DNA of 64,000 nucleotides. Origin: Marsupella aquatica (lineage: Eukaryota > Plantae > Marchantiophyta). Every line of letters starts with the position of its first letter. Within the stretch, counting starts at the first letter, position 1. Below, piece by piece: positions 54,555-64,000 of the stretch. The stretch is from positions 22,704,558 to 22,768,557 of the forward strand of contig OZ316895.1 in NCBI GenBank assembly GCA_973895155.1, in the 5' to 3' direction. The notes under the pieces are model-generated. The model was not told the origin of the DNA and searched no databases. It saw nothing but the letters and a program-made list of their open reading frames with translations. The translations under genes and the position numbers were made by a program.

Positions 54555-57500
54555 GCAGTAGGTTTCTGACTAAATTAGAGATTAAACTAAATCAGCATTT
54601 TGGAGCGAAGAGGAGTATGTAAGCTAGCCATTGCAGCTGATTTTAGACCAAAGAACATTTATTTGTGGAGTGAAGAGGCTCCCGGATTTCTACCATTTGT
54701 CTTCCACAATACATGTCTGTGAATCACAGGGCTCTGTGGAGATTCGATTTATGAAATGGCAGGTATGCCATTTATCTGGTAGATCAACAGGTGGTATCGA
54801 TTTTGGGAGCAAGCAGGGTTTTCTCTCATTCCCACCTGCCAACATTCCTAATGTTGACAATCCTGCTGTTGCGGGTTGTGTGGGCAACACACTGATCTAC
54901 AGGTAACCTGCCACTCATTTTTAAGTCTTTGGCGGGTTGATGTACTCTGAGTAGACAAGTTCATGTGTCAATGGTTGAGGAAGCTTAGCCCAGAATTTGT
55001 AGTCATGGCTCCTGAAGATATGGTCATGTCCACCTTAGATTACTCTCATTTAAACAGCATCGATCGCTAGAATTAGTGGATGGCACAGCTGAGGTATGTG
55101 AAAGCATTTGTGCTGATTCAATGCCGAAGTATTCATGGACGTGCCACCTACTGTAGGATCTTCTGTTTCTCAATAGAGGCAACTACGTACTGTAGCGACA
55201 GCTACCTGCTAAGGATTATAGAAATTTGGAAAACTTAAGCTCAACGTGCTCCTCGGTCATATATAGACCCTGCTTGGACATTATTCATGTCAAGGCAAGT
55301 GGCATCAGAGGTATACGCTGAAGTCTTGGTTTCTATCAGCGGAAAGGAAGGCTGCAGAGAGAGTCCTTTTGAACACGGTTGTCATGTAAATATGATGGAA
55401 CTATCCCATCCATTTGTTTGTAAAATGATAAAAAAATGGTGTGTATATTTACGTATGTCTTTGTATATGTAATGTGTAAAATGATCAGTCACTGCTGCCA
55501 TGGTGGTGGGTATCAGTTGAGAATCCCATCCTTTTCTATGTTATTGTGATGCCAATATGGAGATGTGTTTGCAATGTATGTATGTATCTCTGCCCTTCCT
55601 CCGTTTCATGAATGACCAAGTGCACATTCCGAGACGTGGACTTCTAGGCAAGGTGCAGGAAATATTGTTGAATATCACTGACTTGGCTTCACTTCTGAAT
55701 GCACATTATGGTTATTGGAGGTAAAGGGAGGAAGTTGATTGACGATAGTGGCATACCCACAGCCGAAGGAGGTTCAATTATCACAGCTATAATCGGTTGC
55801 AGATCAGGTTCACAGTTTTGACCATCTGTACTTGGCAGTTCGGTTTGATTTCGTGTTGGTGGTATCGTGGAGTGTGTTGCAGCTATGGGTCCTGTCGTCG
55901 ATACTCTCAGTCTAAATTTTCTCTGATGAGCCAGGAAGTAGGAGATAACTATAGTGGGTTTAGGAAAATTCCTTTTGTGGGAGCGGTTAGGTTGTATTCA
56001 TTTGGGTGGACATCCAAGCAGAACGATTTTCATAAAATGAGGGACTATCCTTGTAAGATTCAAACGATTGCTCATTAAGCAGAATTCTGTTTATCGGTTC
56101 TTGACTAACTAGTATTTTTTCCTCGTGCAACCTCCTTTGCATCCTAGTGGAGTCAATAGAGTAGCCTGATTAAGAGTCGTATTCCATCAGCCCTTAAGGC
56201 TGGCCGTCTGCGATCTCCCTCTAATCTCCGCACTTCTTGGAAACAATCTCAGCCGTCGACAACTTCAGGGTGGAAGGCTCGTTGGGCCTTCCCCTCTGCT
56301 TTCACGGCCTCGTGTAGACTGGTTCGTTTGGTTAACGGGAGTTCTGATCGACAATCGATTGCTTGCCGTTTTGCAGTCGGTATTGATGACTGCCATTTTA
56401 CGCCTGCATCAAGCAAGTTGACGGCAGGGCACTACATAGCGGTAGCGCCCGTTTTGGCCGAGAATCGTTTTGGCTGAGAATCATGACAGCGTTTAAGTAA
56501 GGAGTCTTTTGGGCGTATGGATTTCGGCTTGCACGTGGATCGAAAATTCTCTGCCTACGACGGCTTCAGTAAACCTTGCTTGAGACGTGACTGAAAATCT
56601 TGACAGCTGGTACCTCGTCTCGCCTAGTCATAACAGAAATTAATGTTTATGTTTTATCTCCCTTGCTCAGTGTTTCAGCAATCATCGGTCTCACCTATCA
56701 CGAACGCTGGCAGGATGACTGCCATAGATCCTGCCATAATCCATATCACGAACGCTGGCAGGATGCTGACCGCTGCAGCTACAAAGTTCTATTCAATCAT
56801 GACGACACCAATGGATCAATTGCACATAACATTGCATTTCTGTGGTGGGGATGACCCAAAAAAGGCCCTTCACAAACTTGCAACAGACATTCCACATCAA
56901 AATATGAGGAAACCGAGTAAAACTATTCTTTCAAGCTTGTGCATGCTTGCACTCACGAAGCCACGGTTGCGACCAGTGAGCTCATTTGCAGACCCGATAT
57001 TTACAGGTCAAAATCGAGGAGTAAGAAGTCTGGCGTACAGAGGAAGAAAAACCAGCGGATGTTGAGAGATCCTACTCTAACAAAGGAAACAGTCAACTAG
57101 TTATCTCCGCACTCGGATGGGTACAAACTTGATAACAAATACAGAGAAGGAAACATCGAGGTTAGGTAACGGGAGTGCGATCATACAGCAAATCTGAACA
57201 TAAAAATCCGTCTTCGTCAGCTCGGATTAATCTCTGTATTCCAAATATTTTGAGTTCAGATTATCGAAAGCTGGGATGCCCCCCGTGGCTGAAAGTTTCT
57301 GATTTCGTAGTTGCTTGAACCTCACCCCAAATGATGTACCAAATTAACATCATTTTCATACGATGAAACCACGAGATACGTATTCGATCGAGTTCAAAAA
57401 GATGCTAATCGTAGTCCCAGACATTTATGAAGCTGTATACCAGGCACTGAAACATGTCTCCAATAGTTGTTACGGCTGCCCGTTTGTGAAATTGCTTTGT

Positions 57501-57725
57501 GTATAGGAACATCGGAACGTGGAGGTTATCCTTTGCAGTCTCGCATTTCGTAAATGAGTTAGGCTTGTGTCAAATCCCTTAGAGTGGTTGATTGTTTTAA
57601 GCCCTGCCCAAAGCTATAGTTGATTAAGAGCTCTGCGAATTACCGTTTGCATTAAAAAAGGTAAACGACAGTGAAGATGGATGAAAGAAAATTGCGGACT
57701 TTCATAGATTTGTCGTAGCCAGAAG

Positions 57726-60700
57726 CTAGTTTGTGTAGTAATAGCGACTACCAGGAACATCATGCACAGGCTCCCCTTTGTCATTCCGGGCCATTATCCG
57801 CCTGGCATGACCTACTTGCCTTCCTACTACAAAAGCGAAAACCTTCCCTGTTCCACCGGCACCACGTGCTGTGCGTCCTACTCGCCTTACATATTCACTT
57901 GGATCTCGCGGAAAGTCAAAGAGGACCACATGCTCCACGTCCAAGGAGTCAATCCCTCTCGATGCTCTGCAAAGGAACCCCATCCATAAATCAGTTACCT
58001 ATCTCTAGAACCCAATCCATGCTATGTCAACCGACAACAAACCCAAGTCATTTCACTATTCCAGCTTGAAACTGTGCTTGAGATTATTGAAGTTATTCAA
58101 TTCCTTTTTCTCGTCAAATCTTCAGAGTTTCATTAACTTCTTCTTGATTCAACATGGGGATCTCAGATGTCTACATTGAAGTATTGTCATGACTTTTTCC
58201 TGGGCTTCCCTATGGGTGAATTGAGCTATGGAACTGAAGCTTTGTACTACTGCACATGGAGGACTCCAAAAAAAGTGCTGCTCATACCTGTCAGTGCATA
58301 CCAAAAACAAACGTTCCTTTGGATGGGACTTTAAAAAGGTCTCCATGCTCTCAAGGCGTGTTTCCTGGGACAGAGCTGCATGGTAGGGTAGCACAGTGAT
58401 CTTTTTGCCACCTCTGTCGTACCGAGAAAGAACATTCTCCACTTTTCTGCACGTCTCCACCTGGGACAAGAAAATCCGCGCAAAGATGAAAAATCACTCT
58501 TCCAAACCGTAGTAGTCTCCTTGGCTAAAAAACTCTACAATAATAAGATCCGTTGCCATTACAAAAGTAACAAGTCTTTCTTCAAAAGATGAGACTTTCA
58601 GCACAAAATTCTGACCTTGTTGCAGAATATAATGGTCTTGGCGACAGGCCTTTGCTCTACGAGTTGCAAAAGTGCCTTCCTTTTGTTGGCAAAGGCACTC
58701 TCAGGTGTCTTCTCATCTTGTTCTCCGCCACTGCAATCTACAAGAACCTGGAACAAAGTCATGCCTAATCATGTCAGGAAAACGGAAAACAAATCGGGGG
58801 ACCAAGGTTGAATGACACGACAAATGAACGTGGACAAAACCAACCTCTTGTAACCCAATCGCTGTGCGATGTAGACTTGGACCCAGCACAGAGAGACAGT
58901 CAGGATATCTCTCAAGCAGATCGTCATGTATATCCACTGGTAGAGTTGCAGTCACATGAATATATTGAACTTTTATAGAAGCGGCTTTGTTAATCGTTTG
59001 TAAAGCTTTTGAAAATTCCTCATCATCAAACAGGATATCAACTTCATCAAGAACCACACTGCCACAAAATAACACCCCAGACAAGCTTTTCAGAATATAT
59101 GTTTACATCAATGCAAGTGTCGTACACCAATCTTCCAGCTGAAGCAAACCTCCCCCAACTTAAAAACAACCAAAACAAAACAAAGTAAAAAGTGAAAACA
59201 TTGAAGAACATCATTTGGTTCATCTAAGTGCATTCAAAATAATTTCATGCCTTCAAATCAATCGTTTTGCACCAATTTTAAGGATCCCTGAATGCCCCCC
59301 TGCACGTTTGGGAAGAACTGTCCTTCACTAACAATTTTCATTTATGGTTCATCATGGTTCCACATTCATAATCGTACACTAGTCGTGAGGCAGGTTGAAC
59401 CATCCATCCAATTCAGAGAGGATGGATTTATCTAGAAGAGACAGTAAACCCCAGCAAGTAACAAACCCAGTTGCTCGTCCACGAGCCAATTGCTTTCAGC
59501 GCACCTTTTCAAGCTGTCAAAATGGATATTCCCAGCTTCAAGATGCTGAAGAAGACGCCCAGGGGTAGCAACTACAACGTCGGCCCCTCCTTCTAGGCTT
59601 TCTACTTGAGTTTTCCACTTGAATCCACCAGTTAAGACAATAGACCTACATGGAACACCGCCTTTTGAAAGTGCCCTGAAGTTGCTCAGAACCTGAGAAC
59701 CAAAATAATAAAACCAATTAATCCAGCTTGAAATAGGAAGTCAGTTGGACCATGGGAAACTATCACCTGATCTATCATTGTTAAGACATAAAATCACAGG
59801 TCCAACTTTACTTATTTTTATTATATACTAAAAATAAACCATAAAGCATACACGGCATATCCTTGTAGTTGGAGAGACTAAGATTATAACCTGAGCAGCA
59901 AGTTCGCCGGTGGGTACCAGGACCAGAACCCGGGGCTTCTTTGACAAGGACTTGCCCAAAGTCTGTGCCTCATCTGCTTTCAAGCGCTGACCTAGTGGAG
60001 CCACATACGCCAGCGTTTTGCCTGAGCCTGTTTGCTCTGCAATGATACAGCTCTTTCCTTCTAGAATAGGTTTGAATGCCATTGCCTACAGTACATAAAA
60101 GGCCGCCATTAGCAAGAGACCGAATTCATAGAGTCTAATCACCCACTTTTTGAACTACCAAAAGCATTTCTATACATACCTTCCAACGGAGTTCCAAAAC
60201 ATTTGCCCTGCTACTTCACCTGAATTTGAGAAGGCCTTTGAACATTGAGATAAGCGAGAGCTTGTATCACTTCAGGTGTGGCTCCAATATCTTTGTATGA
60301 TTTTAAACTATAAAAGTCATTAGCTATAGACGCATCATAGTTGTCTCGAGCAGTCAAGTCCCGCATGGGAGGTCGTATAGAATCACTGGTAGGTGATTCT
60401 GTAATCTCTCTATCGGTCCCCGATGCTGATGCTGCAGGAAAGGAAACTTCCTCAGGGTCATCTCGGACCATTTTCTGAGCATCTTTCTCAGTCGTAGGCT
60501 TCACGCCCAGGACTTGCAACCTCAGCCGATCAAGAAGCCCACTTTTCCTCACATCCTTAAATTGGGAGCGACTGCCATCTTCATCACTGACGTCGATGAT
60601 GTATGGGTTGAAGGACCCTGAGGATGTTTCATCACGTCCTTTAGTGACTTCATCGTCGGTTTGTAGAGCGACGTCTCCTTCCCCTCCAACGACATTGGAG

Positions 60701-62655
60701 CCTTTGCTCCTCCCCTCAGTAGAGCGGTCATTGGTTTTGGAAACCTTACTTTTCGCAGATTCATTGCTAGTGTTAGCAGCCTTGGACCCTTCTGGCAATT
60801 TACCCTCCTCGACTTTAGTAGCCCCGCTTGTCTCTTTGGGAGTTTTGTCAGATTTTGAAGATCTAGGTATTTCTGCAAACTTGTCATTGCTCTTGGCACC
60901 CGCACGTCTCTCTACATGTAGTTCATTCTCATTGGAAATCTTTCTCCCCGCAGGCAAAGAGTCATCATCCTTGATTTTGGTTCTCTTTCTCTCTTCAACA
61001 TCATCAGAAGGAGATGAGGTCCCTCCAGAGTACCTCAAACTTTGAACTCCTGTCAGAGAATTCTGCACACCCGCTGCTTGAATGACATCACTTGAGGGTA
61101 TAATAGTAGATTCGGATGTAAAATCAACCTGGCCATTTTCCGGGATCTTCACTTTCGGTTGCGATTTACCCCACAAATCACGGCCAAAGACCTTTACTCT
61201 AGGAGCTCTAGACACTGCAACCTTTGGACTTGCTATGAGTTCCTCTTCGTCAGACTCACTGTCCTCTTCATCATCCAGAAAATCATCATCATCAAATTCA
61301 TCCTCGGGGTCTTCTTCGAACAAATTTTCGGTCCAATCATTTCCTGCGTAGAGCGCACCACTCTTCAGAATCTACAGGAAGTCGAAATTCAAAATAAAAG
61401 AATTCCTTTTGTTAGGCCTCCCACCCACGACCTCTTTGCTTGCGAAGGTAAAATCTTTCTAGTATCAACGAGGCGCCCGAGTGAACAATCATTGATCAAA
61501 AGACAGATGGGCTCAAACTATGGCGTGCGACCAACATTGATAAAATGGTAGTCAAACCACATGAATTCCTCACATTTCATAGGAGAGAAAAACCCCTCTA
61601 CATTCAATGACAAAACACGCCACTAAACCGTCTCAGTGTCCCTAAAACTCACCACACCGTTAAGAGACAGTCCTAAGCTTGAATGAAGATTCACAATTCA
61701 TGACAAAGAATGGCAGATGTCGAATGCACTGCCCCAAAAATTCTTCATTCTGAAATAATAGCAAATACCGAGTTGTTATTCTAGAACGAGCAGGGTTGTA
61801 AGGTTTTAAGAGGTGAGTCAATTTTACTCTTCCCTTTATTAGAATAGTGCGAAAACTTTTTTGCATCCCGTAGGTTTAAGTCCGGTTTTGCATTAAATGA
61901 AGTGCTCATTGTAACCTTAAGAGTCCGAAGAAATTACCTTTTGGTTCCGCACCTCTGACCCTGTAAGAGCCGGAAGAACCACTAGCTTCTTCCATGGTCT
62001 TCGCCCAAGTCTCCTCAGTGGCATCCCCTGGAAGCGCCACAGTTGACTTTCTCCAATTCAAGTCAGCCTCCGTGGGCATGGGAATGTCATCATCATCCTC
62101 CACTCCCCACACCACCACCATTTCTCCCGTTTGCTCATCACGCATTTTGTATGCCCCAGGATGCATCTTACTCTCCCTATCCCTCCTGTTTCCTCTCCCT
62201 CTGTTGTACCCACCTCCTCCACCACCACCACCACCACCTGAGCTCCTCCCCCCTCTGAAATTTCTGGAACCACTCCTTTCATTGTTATCCGAGCCACCTG
62301 AGTATCCTCCATACCTGCTCCTGGACTCTTCCGAATCCCCGTTGCTGCTTTGATGGCCGTTAATTTGTTCTCCCAGGCCTCTGGGATGACTACTTACTGC
62401 ATTTGAGCTTCTGCCACTACTGCTGTTGTAGCCATTTGGGCGACGGGAATCCCCTTTGGACCCTCTGCAGGTGACTGTCAAGGATGCGGCATTGCTGCTG
62501 CTCCTCCTGAGCTCTGTCCGTTGCCGTCTCTCGCATTTCTCACTCTCATCTGCTACTCCCTCTCTTCTGCTGCTGCTGCTATTGCTGATGATGGAGTCCA
62601 AGGAGGTCAGTGAGCTGACGGAAGAGCTCCAACTCAGAACATGCCCGAGATTCAT
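57726..62655 (-). CDS. RH50: DEAD-box RNA helicase 50-like, probably plastid-targeted; exons 62655-61938, 61343-60220, 60085-59891, 59692-59505, 59058-58845, 58747-58616, 58460-58288, 57966-57726 (~994 aa)
   Basis: Motif [10 protein letters not shown], Ia PTGELAAQ, Ib ATPGR, II DEVD, III TAT, V TDRASRGID and [15 protein letters not shown]50-like [18 protein letters not shown] and C-terminal KGEPVHDVP are present, with a Ser-rich N-terminus. The spliced length is 2985 nt and in frame. Confidence 0.92.
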
Positions 62656-63271
62656 AGCCGGAGGCAGGCCCAACGAAAGGATAACAGAGTCGCAATCTCT
62701 GCTCTGCTCTGAATGCTCTTCTCTTGGCCGAATGCAAGGCCTCGTTGCTCGGCTGATTGTCTTGATAGTAGTGAACGCTGAACCTCATCCAAAGCACAAT
62801 CCGCAGAATTCCTCTCGTGCAGCCTAAGGCATTTCGCAATCTGCCTCGCTCTTACCCGGATGAAGGAAATTTTCACAATCTGTCACATGTCGCTGACAAC
62901 AACACGCCTCCCAAAACATTCCATGTGTGGAATCCAAGTTTCAGTGATGATTTAATTTAGTCTGGGGCCATATAGGGTGCAGTACTGGAGTGGGGATTTA
63001 CACATGAAACTTTGGGAGGCGTGTTAATGTCAGCGCCAAACCTTACATGGCCCTACACTAAATTAACTAGACATTGATCGTCAACGCCTGAAAAGCTGTC
63101 AAAGCTCTTTGTTTGGCAACATCTATTGTGTAATTCACAATATTTTTCTATGCCTTTATGGGTTATGGGGGTTTGCATGTTTTTCTTTGGCCCTTTTACA
63201 CAAATTTGTGCAATCTTTATGTCAAACGGAGGCCCTATCCAATACTTTTTGTCATCACTACCTTCTTTAGA

Positions 63272-63404
63272 TAGTTGGTGTGTGTTGGAGTACATAGGGC
63301 TCCCGCATTCACTACTCTTTGTAGGGGTGACCAGCTTCTTTATATAGTTGGTGTGTGTTGGAGTACATAGGGCTCAGGCATTTCACTACTCTTTGTAGGG
63401 GTGA
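63272..63404. repeat. Near-tandem ~60-bp direct duplication
   Basis: TAGTTGGTGTGTGTTGGAGTACATAGGGCTC...CACTACTCTTTGTAGGGGTGA, two copies. Confidence 0.85.
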
Positions 63405-63895
63405 GATGGGGGATTTTAGGGTCGCTACATAAATTCCTCTGCTTCCCCCTCCTATGTAATTCACCTTGAAGTTGTACCAGGTTTTCAGTTTGCCAATAGG
63501 TAGGCTTATAAGTTCTATTTTCTACATGTTGTTGTTGTTGTGTTTTGCCTGGACTCTTGGGTTTTCTGGCTCTTTATCTTCCTGGGGTTTTCCCTTATTG
63601 CCTCCCTTCATAAGGTCTCCTGCTTTGGGGATCAAGTCTCCCAGTTGGGCATCTTCTTTTTGGTAGTGTGATATATATAGACAAGCCCTCTACTCTCTTG
63701 GTGAAGTTGAGGTCCCATGGACCTAAATGTTTGATAAAATACCTAGATGAACCAGTCAAACCTGGATGACAGCAGAAAACCTTTGTTGTACTCAGATAGC
63801 ACTATTTCTGTGAGAAAAAGGTCAACAGTAACCTGGTGCATCCGGGTTGCAAGGTTTATAGAAGTTGTCCATCTGTCTAAGCATTACTTTCTCTC

Positions 63896-63992
63896 TTGGT
63901 AAAAGAGTAAACATTCAGTTCCCACTGAATTTGAATGTGTGAGTTGGTAAAAGAGTAAACATTCAGTTCCCACTGAATTTGAATGTGTGAGT
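63896..63992. repeat. Perfect 48-bp tandem duplication
   Basis: TTGGTAAAAGAGTAAACATTCAGTTCCCACTGAATTTGAATGTGTGAG, two copies. Confidence 0.9.
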
Positions 63993-64000
63993 GAAAGAGG

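Noticed and set aside
56643-57065. 140-aa ORF between ATG13 and RH50
   Set aside because: It has no recognisable motifs, contains a short 22-bp duplication and lies in probable 3' UTR or intergenic DNA.
60549-62876. Alternative-frame and antisense ORFs over the helicase exons, and similar ones over SHMT and ATG13
   Set aside because: They are by-products of low-complexity coding sequence, and the spliced main frames explain the regions.

Overview
Eukaryotic nuclear DNA from a land plant. GT-AG introns, plant TTTAGGG repeats, the gene set and bryophyte-style retroelements suggest a non-seed plant such as a liverwort, but this is inference. Host genes are the 3' part of a mitochondrial-type serine hydroxymethyltransferase (+, intron-free over 843 nt), a 6-exon NSE3/MAGE subunit of SMC5/6 (-), a 2-exon At3g17950-like gene (-), ATG13 (+, 3 coding exons, with two large uORFs upstream) and an 8-exon RH50-like DEAD-box helicase (-). 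Mobile DNA includes a full-length degenerate Tnt1/Tork-like Ty1/copia element (8558-17849, TSD TGGAA). It carries a nested 2-kb solo LTR, and a 581-bp inverted copy of its own integrase region sits inside the tip of its 5' LTR. Also present are a 5'-truncated L1 inserted at a telomeric repeat and interrupted by a MITE, an intact single-ORF CRE-clade-like (RT plus restriction-like endonuclease) non-LTR retrotransposon, several MITEs, minisatellites and a tRNA-like Pol III promoter remnant. The most notable items are the intact CRE-like element, the templated inversion in the copia LTR and the ATG13 uORFs. All alignments, counts and splice models were made by eye.
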